A stretch of 64,000 nucleotides of DNA, taken from NCBI GenBank assembly GCA_964270895.1, contig OZ185440.1. One strand, given 5' to 3'. The translations under genes and the position numbers were made by a program. Positions within the stretch are counted from its first letter, which is position 1, and each line of letters begins with the position of its first letter. This DNA is from Podarcis filfolensis. Taxonomy: Eukaryota. The notes under the pieces were generated by a model. That model saw only the letters and a list, made by a program, of their open reading frames with translations, ran no database searches and was not told the origin of the DNA. Positions 25,795 to 40,224 of the stretch are shown here, in pieces.

Positions 25795-28700
25795 AAGGCA
25801 AAGAGAGGTTATGGTCCTTGTCCAAGGTGCTGAATGCTTGTTCAGGACTGTAGTTAGCAGTCCTGCAGCTGAGGCAGAAGATAAAATTTGTCAGCTGAGT
25901 CTTGCAGCAATTTGCAGAGCTATACAATCTAGTTTGGGTATTCAGAATGGAAGACCCACCCCTGAGTGTTGCAACTGGCCATTTTCTAATAGTTCTTGAC
26001 TGTTTTCTAGGCTCTGGCAATTGGTTTGAGGGACACTCATCAATGTTTTTTTTAATCCTCCACAAGGAGTCTATGACCGAGTCATAGAATCATTGAGTTG
26101 GAAGGTGCCCTGAGGATCATCTACATATTATTAATATTAATATTTCCTATTCCACGCTTTCTACCAAAGGAGTTCAGTGGCATAGATTTTTCCTCAGACT
26201 TCAAGAGACAGGATGCAGGCTTTTTTTTGTCAGTGGATCCACATGGGAAGGACAGCAGAGTGGATTCATCTTCTCAGGGCTGCCATCATAGGATTCTGTA
26301 GCTGAAGAATTCCTGTTTGGGGACCACGACCACCCCTTTCAAATGGGTGAAAAACATTAGTTGAAAGATTTGGCTGTGCACTAGTTTCGTGAGTGTTCCT
26401 ATTATCAGGTCCCAAACATGGTGCATTGGGGCTGTCTTGTCCTGAACACCCCATCTGCCATTCACAAGCCTGGCAGTTATGGGAATAACTTAAAACTGCT
26501 AAATGTCTGTTCCATAAGTGGTAGTTATCTGGGCATGGCTCCATAGACTAATAGGTTTTGCTTTCAGAGTGGGATGTGGTTTGTCCTAGTTTTCAGCAAG
26601 CCTAAATGGTCTCTGTCTACCTAGGTATGCCTGAGCTCTCCACAATCTTGATGTGAAATGTGTGCTCCAGAATCAAATTTAGATGTTATAACTGTTTTTT
26701 GTATGTATGGGTTCCTCGTGATTATGAAAATTCTTGATTCAAATTAGATGCATTTATTATTTTTCAGCACATGTTGTGCTGATTGAGCAGTGTACATTTG
26801 ATTTCCAGAGGGCGAGTATAGCAGCCTTTACCAAATAAATAGCTGTACCAGGTTTAGAAATGGTTTTAGCTGTCCTCCAATAAGCAGCAGGATGGATAGC
26901 ACTGAAGTGGGGCAAATTGCTTAAAATTCTTAAAAGTGACATTTTTGTCTCCGTTCTGTTCATAAAAGTTCAGGGTAGTGTGATGCAATTTTGCTGATAT
27001 GGTAAAAGTTTGACAACCTGCTGGTTTCATAGAATGCATCATTAATATACATTAAATTCTTCTGAAATGCATTTTAAACACTTTCTCTCTTTTCTATACA
27101 GCTGCTTACTAACTGCAATGCATCCTTCTTTGCCCTCCTCCTTCCTTCCCCAGCCAATATTTTTCTCACTTATCTCCATTGGGAAATTAATATTTCTCAA
27201 CTTCTGTACATTGAAGACAGCGCTCTGAAAAAAGACTTTCAGATGTTTAGAAATGTCACCCATTGCAAGAGCCTTTTGAATTAATATCTACGCAAAAGGT
27301 GGTGGAGTGAAGGGTGAACAGATTGGAGAGATCACAGCCCAGTAAATTCTAAAAACCTGTTCTCCCTTTGTTTTAATGGAAATTTCAAAGACTGGATAGC
27401 AGATCAACTGTGAGATAAATGTGAGGTGTGAGCTAGCTCAGTCTCTCCCCCACCCCATCCGTGCTTTTCTGCACATCTTCTGTACGTTATTCAGGTACCA
27501 TTGCAGAGAAGCCTCTTATCAAATTTATGCTTACAGTTGAAAATGACACACCTGCCCAGTATCTATGGTAACAAAGGTTCTCTTCAGTCTCAGCTTTCTT
27601 ATTCCTCTTTCATTAAAAAAAATAAATCTCCAGAAATAGTAGCATTTAATAGCAGTTTTAAATCTGTTTTCATTTTTTTAAAAAAAGTATTGCCATTTCT
27701 TAGTATCACTTCAAAAAGGATGGAATAATCTTTTCACTTAGAAGCATTTCAGTGCTGCTTAAAGAAGTTTGCATTTATCATCTAGATTGTTACAAAAGAA
27801 AATGTGCTCAGACATGCTCACCAATGCAAAACCTAGAGAATAAACCAAAATCTTTATAGGCCATCATCATAAAAAATCCATTAGAAATTGAACTTTTCTG
27901 CATAGTAGAAGCAACTTGAGTTGCTGTGAAATTTTGCCAACAGCAAATTTGCAAGGTAAAATTGGAGATTTCTCCAATTCTGATAAACCCTGGTAGGTGC
28001 AAGCTATCATTGCAATACCAGCTTCTGGGGAACAGTGCAGTTACATTTATGTTCCACTTACAGTCTTCCAAAGGGCATCTGTATTGGCCACAGTGGGAAA
28101 AGAATGCTGGACTAGATGGGGCTTTGGTTTTGTCCAGCTGGGCTCTTCTTACGTGTCTCTCTCCTGCGAGTCAGGAAGTAATCCTAAAAACAGTTCCTTG
28201 GCAAAAGCTTTAATTGCGTTGTTATTGTTCTTTTTTTGCAATACACTCTTACAAGGATTTTTGTTATAAAGCTTAATATTCTTTAGTTCTGTAGTGATTT
28301 TTTTACCGGAAACAAAAGCTTTTAAATGGTTTGATGTGTGTTCCAAAAGGGAAGCAAATATAAAATATTAGGGCAAAACAGAAACCTAAAGCATAACCTT
28401 ATGATGATGGAGAGTGCTTCTGTCTTTGCTGTACATAGCTCCATTTCCATCAAATAACTGCAATTCTTGTTCTTCAGTAAACCCATTTCTTGGCACAGTC
28501 CTTGAGCGTAGAGTTAGAGCCAGAGGAAATAATGTCATATACTGATTCCTCCTGGTGATATAAGAGTCCTTGTAACTTTGCCTAGAATCTTTTTTTAAGG
28601 GGGGATGTAAATGGTCAGTTATCAATTTGCACCCCTGAGGTGTGGCATAATAGTTGTTCCAAGAAGTTATTTATTTATTTATTTTATTTGTAAGTGCCTC

Positions 28701-29089
28701 AAAGTAACATACATTAAAACCAATTAAAACAAATTCAACCAGTAAAAGTCTCAAACGACATCTATACTGATAAAAGATGAGTCTTACTGATCTTGCCCAA
28801 TATTATTCCTCTCACCTGTTACTTGAAGGGGGTTAATTCCTCACTTTGACAAAATGGTCTTTAGGCCAGATAAGGTCCTTGTCCACAACATTATTTTTTT
28901 TCTTCCATAGTGATCAGGAAATAATTTTACCCTCATTCTTAGCTAATTCTACTCATCCTCAAGAACACCTTTGGTATACCTTAGGTATACCTGTAGAGCA
29001 CTTTGCTTTTGCTTTTGTTTAGTTTGCAGGAAGTCTGGGGTCCATTTATTTGTTTGGATGCAAATGTATAGGAAACAAATTCTCTAAAA

Positions 29090-29438
29090 CAGGGATGTCC
29101 AACAGGTCGATCGGGATTAACTGGTCGATCCCCAGGAGGTTGCAGTCGATCGCTGTTGATCACGGGCTCATTTTCCTTTGCTTTTGCCTAAGAGCACCGG
29201 GCCCCGGCCCCTGCTTGGATTTTCTCCTGATATTTGTAACGGAAGACAGAGTTTTTCACAGCGCTGATTTGGTGAGCGACTAATCATGTTCCCCCTTAAA
29301 AGTCCCCCCCGACTGAACCCCCCCAACAAAATGGGCATAAAATGGGGCATTCCCCCTCTTTAAAAAACTCTCAACAACTTTGACCCAGATTTTAATTCTG
29401 AAAGTAGATTGCAGTCCCTCGGGAGTTGGCCACCCCTG
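29090..29438. mobile_element. hAT MITE, 349 bp
   Basis: Perfect 8-bp TSD CTCTAAAA. TIRs CAGGGATGTCCAAC and GTTGGCCACCCCTG. Subterminal GTCGATC repeats. Confidence 0.92.
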
Positions 29439-29659
29439 CTCTAAAACTACCATTTCTAGCTGGTTAAATGAGTGCATGTTTCAGATAGCATAGGCAACCA
29501 ACTGCCAGGAAGTTACAACCCATAACAGGAAAGCCATCCAGAAGTCTTGGAGAACAGAAATTCATGGTAAAGCAATTTCCATCTTGGGAACAACTGCAGT
29601 AGTTTTTTTCAAATTCTATCCTCATTTTCTGTTTTGTTTTAGCAAGAATAATGGTACCT

Positions 29660-29769
29660 TGTTCACATTAAACACAGTGGGAGTGCTTGCCCATGACTTC
29701 ATTGGAGACTAAAATGAAAGTTTTATTATAAACCAGAGGAAGCTTTTGTGTGGTGTTGTAATGTGAACA
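29660..29769. mobile_element. Small MITE relic with TGTTCACATTA inverted ends
   Basis: 11-bp perfect inverted repeat at 29660-29670 and 29759-29769, extendable with one indel. Confidence 0.5.
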
Positions 29770-31679
29770 GCTGTTTAGGTTGAAGATAATTTAGGTCAAC
29801 TGTTCTGTGGTGGGTTTTTGTTTGTTTCTTGGTATTGCAACACTTTTCCCCCACTGCAGAAATTTGTCAGAGAAATATATAATCTGTAAGTAAAAGTGTT
29901 ATTTTGCTTGTTTGTCAAATTACACATTATGCTTAGCTATAATATTTCTTAGTAAAATTAACTTGAAGAAATACAATTAATTCTGTTTGGAAAATCCCCT
30001 AGGAAAAAGCTGTACACAGTTAACTATGATTTTTGATGAAGGTGACATCCTTATCAAATTCTGTTATTGCACACTATATTAAATGTCCGCAGCTTTATAG
30101 GTAGGTGTTTCAAATATTTTAATTATCACCCTTAAAGTGAAGAATAGTTACAAACCTACAGTTCCATAAATATGGAGCCTGTTCTGATGTACTTCGTTTT
30201 GATATTGTTTTTTACTTAATAATCATAATAGCACATTTGTGATCAAAAGAAAGTTAAAGCTCTTGGTGTTACTTTATTTTTTAATTGTAGGCTCACATTC
30301 TTCTAAGACCTGTGTTGCTTTGGTCCTTTGTTTATCTTGTTCGTCCCTATTTTTCCATCCTAGGCACTAAAAGGCTATTTATATAAATCTGAGCATGCTT
30401 TCAGAGCATAGACTAAAAGCAATTTTGAACTTAAAATAATTTCGTGCTTTGACACTGGCCTGGTTCACATGTAACATAAAGCTGAAATATGCCTTGGGGC
30501 AAATGAGCAACTTGTGTGCATTCCTGGAGTGAAGATCATGATCACAGTGCTTTTTTCCTAATCCTGCTTCTATGTTATCCTGGACTAAGTTAAAAGTTTG
30601 GCTTCGCATGGCATATGAACCCAGGTTCATGGTTTGTCTCACTCTGGACGAGGTTTGTTCTTGGCTTAATGTGTGTGATTTATTGAAGGGAGACAAATCA
30701 CAAGAAAAAAACTGAACCATTGTAGAACTGTGCTCCAAGCCCCATGGAAGTAAAACAAGGAACTGTAGCCACCTTGGAGGTTGTATCAACAGAATAGGGA
30801 GTGCGGGACATAAAGATTTTGATAACTAAACAATACTACTTCAAGGAAGTATGAGGAAACAGGAAAAGGCACTTCTGTTGAGGAGCAGAGGATCTATGGT
30901 TGTTTCTCAGTAGCCATCTCAGTTCAAGAAAAATGTAAATGGCAAACCTTCACTTATGAAAACAACAACTGCATGAGAATGACGTTATAAAATGAACATG
31001 AACAATATGCTAATAAGGATGGTATGAGCAATAATATTGGAGGTGTAAAAGTTATTTAACTACATATTATGAAAAATTAAAATTCACATCGGCACTTAAA
31101 TGACTGAAAGTGCACATGCTTCAACAATGTACAAAAATACACAACCTTGTTTTTCTTCTTCTTTCCTTTGCTTTGCCAGCAGACCTTCTTTCACCATGGG
31201 AAGAGAGGAGGAGACTGGGCAGCACAGACAGAAGGCACACCACCAAATTGATACTCTGGAGGAGCTAAGCAAAGGATCTGGCTGTTAGGATGGGCTAAGT
31301 GGAATAGACATTTGTTTCTAAAAAAAGAATGTCAAGAGATAATTCCTTATTTTTGCTAAAGGGAAGCACAACTTTTCTTGGCCAACTTTTGGCTGAAATG
31401 ATAAGCATATTACAGATGTTTACTTTCTCATTTTTGTTTTCATGGTCAAAAATAAAGATCTCTCCTATTGATATTCTTCATTTTCTCATGTGGTTATTTT
31501 TAAAACTAACATACAATAAAAAAATAGACAAACAATGTCTATTTGTGGAAATCTTCATGGGACACATCTTCTTCAATGTCTTTTCCCTCAGGATTCTGTT
31601 CATGCTATTCTACACCAGAGACCTCTTCCAAACCCTACTCTTCCTCCTGCATTACAGGTGAGAAAAGAGACTGGGCATT

Positions 31680-31920
31680 TTATTTTTATTTATTTATCTA
31701 TTAAATTTCTATAACACCCTTCATCCGAGGATCACAGGGCAGCTTACAATATAAAAACACAAAATTTCATAACATAGTAACAAACAAGCAAAATAATGCC
31801 CTCATCACCAGTTTAAAAGGCCATATATTGCTTAATTAGCCAGAGGCTTAGGAGAAGAGAAATGTTTTTGCCTGGCACCTAAAGATTTGCAATGAAGGTG
31901 ACAGGCTTGCCTCAGGGTCA
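31680..31920 (-). mobile_element. L2 LINE 3' end
   Basis: (TTTA)n, acacccttcatccgaggatcacagggcagcttacaat, A-rich stretch, aatgtttttgcctggcacctaaag. Confidence 0.7.
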
Positions 31921-34900
31921 TGTCATGCTACTGTTTCTTGTAAAAGCAAGCATCTCAACATTTGAAGGCAACAGACAAGTTTTCCTGGTCCCAACAACAA
32001 ACCCAACTTCCAAACAGCCTCTCTGAAGAAAGTCTTGTTGGTAGGCAAGACAAATGGTAAATTTATAAAAACATTGAGCTGGCTTATTATCATTATTTTA
32101 AAACTTTTAAACTCCAGCATATCCAGATATGCTACAGCTCCATTTCAAGTACCTTAACATTGAATAGACCTTTCTCTTTTCCCTCCAAACCAGAGTGTAA
32201 AAGGTCAGAGACTTCAAACTGTGTCACCCCACTCCACTCTTTTCAGGCTTCCTGGGACTTCTTTTTTCATTTTCATAACTGTATTTTCAAGATTTCTTGT
32301 CAAGAGAGATAATATACGTAGTCCTTTATCCTTCTTGCTTTTCCTACAATGTCTCCAGGTGAGCAGACATCAAGGATGGTCTCTGAAGGATAAGGGATGG
32401 GTCAAGAAATGCAGCTGTGCAGTAGCTCAGACTCAGTCTGATTTATTGGAAGTGTTTTTGTTGAGGGTGTATGTAAGCAGTATATTAAGGCCCACATCTT
32501 TGTTGACCACCTCAAGCCTTGCAGCACTGTCTCTTACCTTGTGCCCACTCACAGTCAGGAGCAGAGTAATTTTCCCCACTGCTGTGCCGTCTCAAATAGC
32601 ATAGCTGGCTGATCAGCACACATGCTATAATTATGGCTTGGATCTTAATATATGCTACATGAAGGAAATTTATGGAAGGAAAGTTTTGTATCCTTTTCTA
32701 GATCCAGCAAAACCCCTATTCTCAAAAAGCTGCTCTGAAAAGTTGGTTAGGCCTTCCTCAACAATGTTGGATGGGGTGCAGGAAGCTGTTGGGGGATAGA
32801 TAGAGTTATCCAAAATTGGACTTGGGTCCTAATGATAATTAAACTCCCAGGCAGCCTCTTACACCTCATTTCAGAACTACCCTTTGACTTCCAGGGGAGG
32901 CCTTTTAAGCGGTCACAGGGAGCTACAGGGAAACAAGAGATTGAAAACTTTCATTCCTTGAACTTGCTTAAGTTACCTTATCCATTCCTGTACCTGCTTG
33001 TTTTCTTGCATTATTCATTACTTGCTAGATGCTGGCTGTGTAGCCTCCCGATCATATAAAATTATCGTTCCAATGGGTAGTTTTGTCTTGTAGAATTTCA
33101 GAGTAAGGCAAGTTCATTCTGTTCTGCAAGTACTTTGACCTATGGCGCTTTTGCAGACCATCTGAACTGGGCACAGAGGTTACTTGCTGTTATGATACTG
33201 TGCCTAGTTCTGACCAGCTGTCCTAAGGAAGGGGTTTGCTGCTTGGTTTATGCGGTACAAGACTTGGCATCTGTTGAAGACCTAGATCCTGAAGTGTATT
33301 ATCACTTGGCTATAACGTAACCCAACTATTGTCAGCCATTTTCAAATTATCAAATGACTTCCAGCGTGTCCTGCTATGTTAGTCCTTGGAAAAGTTGACA
33401 GGGACAAGACGGCTTCCTCACCTACAATCCTTGAGCCATGATCTGAGTCCATGTTTATGACCACTGACTAAATTCACTATTTGTGGGCTGGTCTACATGT
33501 AAGCTGTGATCTGCACCTCATTGGTCTTCAATTGGGTCTTCGAGCCACCACAAAGGCCAGCTTAGCACAGTTTTCCTGGAAAGGTAACAATGGGAAAATA
33601 CCTTCAAGGAAGATAGCAATAAACTGATAAAAGTCAGAAACCTCCTTCAATATACAAGCATGGAAGAATACCCACTGCATTGGAAGCATAGTGCATTGAG
33701 TATCTTCACTTTCCTGTCAAGTGGTTGCCACTCTCATGGCTGTTTCCAGTCTACCAATTTCTCCTGGTTATTGATATGTGGCTTTTTTCTCCTTCATCAG
33801 CTGAACAATAGCCCTCAGGCATTGACCAGCAAATATAAAGGCATCAAAACCACCAACCAACAGATAACAGCAAATATAAAGAAGGAACTATAACACAACT
33901 GCAAGGAAGAAATATGTCAAAGGAGCATTAAAATACATCAGTATACATAACTCTGCATAATTTATCAGCAGCTGTTAAATCAGCTGGACAAAACTACTCA
34001 AGTTACACCTTCAAAGGTTAATCGAAAGACAGTATTTTAGTATTTTAAAAGTAAACACTTTGAACTTCAAACTAATCGAAGTTTTCAACAGACTTCAAAG
34101 GCAGCCTCATCAACTCCAGCCTGGAGGTTGCCAAGACCTGAATGCCAGTGACCAATTTGACCTTCTCCAGGAACAGCCACAGACTCACCAGTATATGTTG
34201 CTGAAAGGCATTCCTTGTGATAGATGCCAGCCAGGTTTCAGGAGCAGAGTTTAGGTCTAGGAGCAGCTCAAGAGTGTATATGGGAATACAACCTTCTACC
34301 GAACCTTCATCTTCTCCTGTGTTAACTGGAAGAACTGTCGTCAACATTTCCATTTTGCCTGGATCAAACCTTACTCATTCAGCTCCTCCCTGATTCCAAA
34401 CTCTTGCAATTTCAAATTTGCAGTATGTATAAAACTGAGAAGTTCTGAACAGAACTCCACACGTTCCTTGATTCCCCATAGCTGCACTAAAATAGAGCAT
34501 GGTCTGCTGTAAATAAGATTTAATAAACTGAGGAGATGTCAACAATTCAAAGTTAGACTGTCTAAACTTCTTCTGAGGACAAGATGTTGGTGCTCATAAT
34601 GCACAGCCTTAGAACATAAGCAGTATCATTGCAAAGAAAGGATTTTCTCTAGTTCCCTGTAAATGTTTTGCTACCCACTGTATACATATGCCCTTCTCTA
34701 TCCAGATATGCTTGCTTAAAACCTATTTAACTGCGTGCGTGATTGCAAACCTTAGGTTATACTGTCATGAACTCAAAATTATATGCCTCTGCTAGCTTTT
34801 AATAATAGCTGTTATGTAAATCTCAACTAATATTGTGTGTAAATGTATTGTTTCGTCTTTCTTCAGCTCTCCTTCATTCACCATACGTTTTTTCAGGCAG

Positions 34901-35656
34901 ACTTGCACAGATAAGATCACTTTCATTCTCCCTTTCTAAGCATTCTTAAAACAGTACGATTGTTGTCATAGTGATACTGTAATATCATGAGAATGGGGAT
35001 GAGTATTGTAGGAGGAGGAAGAAAGGAAGTGACTGACTTGTATTTAAATGCATACACAAACAGGATTACTGACAATTTCTAAATAAAGTAAGATAACTTA
35101 TGAACACATTAATGGTAAATTAATGTTTGATTAAATGTCGTTTTAATTTTTTCTCTTGTGAGAAAATTATTCTCTAGATAAAATGACATAAATCCTTATC
35201 TCTATGTGAAGACAGTGCAGTAATTTCCAATTAGAAGCACGCATGAGCTGCAGACAAACTCAGAAGCTTCTATAATGCCTTATTAAAACTCTTCCACTGT
35301 AGTTATAGGTGTAATATCAATAGAGATAACATTTACAGGGTTAAAGGGTAAAGCAGGAAGCAGCTGGTTTATGATTGGTAAATGCAGCCACAACAGTTGG
35401 GATCTATAGAGACATGCAATTCCTTCTGCCCACGAACCAGAACTTCCTCATTTTTTGACTGCATCAGAGACGGTTGAATGTCACCTCTGAAACCTTATTG
35501 TTATCTTGCAAAGTTCCTTGAGCAATCTTTTGGATCCCCACCCTAAAAAAAGAAAGAAAGGTCATTTAATTTTCATTCTAGAACATCTGCTGTTAATTCA
35601 AAATTAGGTACAAAATATTTCAGGGGCTATACATGTAGGGGTTTCATAGCCAAGTA

Positions 35657-35882
35657 CAGTGGTAACTCGGGTTAAGAACTTAATTTGTTCTGAAGGTCCA
35701 TTCTTAACCTGAAACTGTTCTTAACCTGAGGTATCACTTTAGCTAATGGGGCCTCCTCCTGCTGCTGCGCCGCCAGAGCACGATTTCTGTTCTCATCCTG
35801 AAGCAAAGTTCTTACCCCGAGGTACTATTTCTGGGTTAGCGGAGTCTGTAACCTGAAGCGTCTGTAACCCGAGGTACCACTG
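35657..35882 (+). mobile_element. Tigger/mariner-type MITE, 226 bp (copy 1 of 3)
   Basis: CAGTGGTA(A)CTCGGGTTA...TAACCCGAGGTACCACTG with TA TSD. Confidence 0.93.
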
Positions 35883-36874
35883 TATTGGATTGTATAAGTG
35901 GAGAAGAAGCTAAGTGACCTATATACACTTGTTTATTTGTTGCATTTCTTCATGGCTTTCTTTACAAAAATGCAACGATGCAGTGTACATTTTGGCTACT
36001 GCCCAGCAAGGCTTAACAGAATAACAGAGCCTCCACCACAAGCTGGGCCAGCTCAGCACCTGCTTGCTCCTGGAATGCCTGATTCCAGAATTTTCCACTG
36101 TCTCCTTCATTGGGGAACACACTGGCCGCATTTCCACTCACCTGCATATTGGGTGCATGGAAGCAGAGCTATGTGTTATCAGAGTGACTCTGGCATCTCA
36201 GAGGCCAGTGGAGGGAAACATCCACCCAATGCTGCAGTACCCCCAAACAACCTAGCACAAAGTGGGGTGGATTGTTCTGTAAACCATTGAGATGATCGGT
36301 CTATATTTTTCTGTTGATAAATACTCCTAATCTTGGAAAAACCAGTAAATTTACCAAAGTACTTACGGATCTGTTACATGCAGATATTTACTATTTTCAT
36401 TTTTTTGTCCATTAAAAATATATACTGCATTGTTGATGAACAAAGGTTTGAAAGTGAACAAATAAGTATATTGCATCACAGATACTATTCATTCTTTTGA
36501 AAGTAGCATAGGATATGGAAAGATGAGACAAGGAGCATCATGGAATTGGCTTCTGCAGGGGGTGTTCTACAATGCAATAGCCATGAATTTTCATTATAAA
36601 CATTAATACATTTTTACCAGTTTTCATGTCTTAAACCACCAAGGGGCAGCATGGTGCAGTGAATACTGTGTTTGGATTGGGTGTGAGAAATTTAGGTTCA
36701 AATACCTGATCAGAATATAGATAAGCAGATTACTATGGTCACAATCCAGAGTTGCATTACTGGTTTTACATGCCCACTGGAGTTTGGGGCTTGTGTTTCT
36801 CAGCAGCTAAATAGCAAACTGTGTTTTTAAAATTTGAGATGAGAATTGCAAATTACTTTGCATTTTTAATATTT

Positions 36875-36975
36875 TGTTGGGAGCTGCCCAGAGTGGCTGG
36901 GGCAACCCAGTTAGATGGAAGGCATATACATAATCCATTATTATTATTATTATTAGTAGTAGTAGCAGTAGTAGA
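36875..36975 (+). mobile_element. L2-type 3' tail followed by (TTA)n(GTA)n
   Basis: gggagctgcccagagtggctggggcaacccag...gatgg. A similar tail lies at about 55085-55145. Confidence 0.6.
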
Positions 36976-37249
36976 AATGGCATGTATTGAAAATATTATC
37001 TCTTGCACATCCCCATAGTACTGAGGCAGTGTAACGGCTGTACCTTTACCTAAGTAAGCATAGTTTGTTGTATAACAGTACATTCTACTCTGATTGGCAA
37101 CAGCTTTCCAAAGACTCAGACAACATTCTGTTCTAGTCCTACTATCTGAGATGTTTTAAAATCAAGTTTGAACTTGGGATCTTCTCCATGTGACATATAC
37201 ACTCCATCACTGAGCTGTAAACCTTCCTTCTTCTTCAGCTTATTTAGTC

Positions 37250-37328
37250 CTTTTAACTGCATCAACGTCAGTATAGTGTCCAGATCAAGGAAAATAATAG
37301 TATCATTCTATTTTGCCTTGGTCAGACT
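37250..37328 (+). mobile_element. Short CR1 RT fragment
   Basis: CINVSIVSRSRKIIVSFYFALVR resembles CR1 CINRSIVSRSREVIVPLYSALVRP. Confidence 0.6.
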
Positions 37329-39452
37329 ATTTTCCCTTGATCAGGTTTGAGCAGGGTTTCCCTGAATTACATTCTGATTGGATCCCAGAATATCTCGGTT
37401 TTTTGTCCAGTGCTCTGGCGTGAGTTAGCTGGTTCACACCAGAGTACAAGACCAAAAGACACACATTTTTTGGTCTTGCACTCCTGCAAGAGCTCAGGAC
37501 ACTCCCCACCCCCCAAAGAGTGTCCTGATATTGATAAATGGGATGATGTAGGATAAGCAATTCTGTGAGATCTGGGATTTAATCTGAGACCTCTATGCAG
37601 AGCATGCACTCTATCTACCACAGAGCTACAACCTTTCTGAAGCAGCTATGCTTACATTCCAGTCTACCATTCTGCATATGGAAACACATATCGGAAATCT
37701 GTTGCAGCTCATGGACCTTGGGAAACACAGATAAAAAGGAAAATGTAGAACTGTAAAGGGCAGAAACAACAGAGCAATATGAGGTTTTGCAAGGGCCCTA
37801 ATCCAATGTAGGCAGTTTGACATTGTGCTTCAGCATGATGGGAGAGGCAGAAAACGCATCAAGTCACCCTGCTTTACCTCATTATACAAACCACACACTG
37901 AACTGCTGTACACCTTTATACAGTTGGTTCTGGAACAACAGAGTAACTTTTTTATTTTTTCCTGACAAATACAGATGTGGTCTTTTACTCTGCCCTGTGT
38001 TACAAATGCTGTACAACTTAATTGGGCATTGGCAGAATGCTTGCTTAAACCATTATACATTGCAAGAAATTAGTAGAAATCTACAGGTTAAGAACAGTGA
38101 GAAATGAGAAGGCAATGTTTTATGTGAAAATTAGATACAAATAAATAAACTATGTGAGCATTGGTATAAAAGCAGGAAGCGATATCATTACTAATCAATC
38201 TTGAACATTCTGTCTCTTGCAGATGTCGATACAAAGTTATGTGCTACAATAATTGTAGTGTAGGCTCTCTGGTAATTACTGTTGTTCATTTGGCATGTTT
38301 GGAAAAAAGAAAGAACGAAAGAAAAGAGTCTTGCAGTCAGCAGCTGCAAATCTCTAAGGAACAAGCAAAAAGATAGCAGAAGGGTGATAGTCATCCATCA
38401 TTCCTGACAATTTCACAGCCTAGAATAACTTGACAGAGACCCAGAACAAAATGTTATTGAGAATTGAATGCTCCTAAGCTGAGTGAATTGACTTTCTGAT
38501 GACGAAGTGGGACTTGCTTAAAGTGGCTGGTCACGTTTTTGTTTTATTTATTTATTCTGCGCTATACCTGTTCCTCTGTAGTGGACATTCTGGAATCTCT
38601 TTCTGGCCCAGGGTCATTTTGGGATGCCACATCTTTGCAGGGAATTACCTTCTAAAAAAAAAGTAGGGCTGTCATGCTTAACGAATTGCATAGTTGATTA
38701 ATGATCTCATTTCCACCAATTAATCATTCAATTAAATCTAAATAAATATGCATGTTAACACAAGCTTCCATTCACTGTTAGAAAGAAAAGCCTATACTGA
38801 TTCTTAATACAACAGGAAACTGAAATAGACTCAAAAATAGAAAAAAGTGTTCTTAATTCATATCTTCACTGATTAACATTGACCCCACAACTCAGACAAA
38901 CAACTCAGATAAACTATAATATGCTAGCCATTTTTACAACAACATAGCCTAAATCTAAGACAGAAGTTAAGCATGATTAAGGCTAAACATTTCAATGGGT
39001 TAAGCAAGTTTAAGTCTGGGTTGAATTCACCCCAGTTTTTGTTGTTGTTGTTTGCCATAATGGATAACCCTGGCTATTATTTGAAAAACACTTTAACGCA
39101 AGTATGAATATCCACTTTAGCCTTAGTTCTTCACTGGTAAAAGGAAAATGGAGATTTTCAGGAAGATTATAGGGATAAAATGGAATTACAAGGCACTCTG
39201 TACCTTTAAGTTGTATCTGTTAGTGCTATTGCAGTAGTGGAATTTTAGTCCACTACAGGTGTTAATCACTTTGCCAATGCGTAATTGTATTTGCGTAATT
39301 GGCAATACTGCTTTATGAATGGTCACTGCAATTATTCTACATACATTTAGTATCACTGTATTTCTTCCATTTCATTTCTCTCTGGCATCACTGCTAGCAT
39401 TTCTCTCTCTCACTGCCAAGTGTACCTGTGTCTACCAGCTGAGGATAACGCT

Positions 39453-39545
39453 GCATCAGATGAAGTGGACGATAATACACAAACGCTTATGCCATAATAA
39501 ATCAGTTAGTTTTTAAGGCTTGAAAAGACTTTCTGTTGTTTTCAC
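39453..39545 (+). mobile_element. Penelope-like terminal fragment with a decayed hammerhead motif
   Basis: gcat-cagatgaagtggac...cac-aaacgctt-atgc, then cataataaatcagttagtttttaagg. Confidence 0.6.
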
Positions 39546-40224
39546 TTTGAGAGACTGACAAAGGTAGCCCTTTGGAAATTGCTTTCGAAACTTGTTTATT
39601 TCAGGCTTGGCCAACTTTCAAATTCTTGAGGGCCACTCTAGACCAGGTGGTGGAACAATCCAAATCCCTCACAGATGGTCAGGCTTTATAGCAACATTGG
39701 TTTGCTTGGTAGTAAGTGCTTCACAGGTATGTGCTCAGATAGCATTAAGTCATTGAAGGGAGGGTAGCTGCAAATCAATGAATTTAGCAAAATACACTTT
39801 CAAAAGGCAGAATTGACAGTGCTCTTTGACCTTCATAATATGCATGAGAGGAAAACAATGGGTGGTATCCACTGTTACTCATACTTAGAGTAAACCCATT
39901 GAAGTCAATGTATTTATTGAAATGCATTTATAAACCACTTAATATTTCAAAAATCTCCTAACAGTAGTTCTTTTATTTTAGTAGCTCAACTCTGGTTATG
40001 ATTTAGTTGGCTATCACCCAATAATGTAAAAAAATACATTGATCCATTGATTTTTGTACCATTGAAGCTGCTTAAAAAACCCCCAACTACTACTATATCT
40101 TGATTTGAAATTTGTTAGCATTACTTAGAGCCATATACATTTGTTTTAGGGGTTAGATCCAATGTAAGGCTCATCACCTGTCCATCTCTGATTTATTTAA
40201 TACCAATAAGATGTTAGGTGCAGT

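Noticed and set aside
26266-26560. Minus-strand frames faintly reminiscent of a DIRS tyrosine recombinase
   Set aside because: Similarity is too weak to support by eye; a profile search is needed.
31150-31290. Polypyrimidine-AG acceptor followed by a Kozak-like ccATGG and a 30-codon ORF
   Set aside because: No convincing downstream donor and no homology.
33100-34353. Possible ancient DIRS or LINE pol relic (VSLWLFLEKVKLVTGIQVLATSRLELMRLPL)
   Set aside because: Only vague resemblance to the DIRS RT-RNase H linker; no catalytic motifs or termini found.
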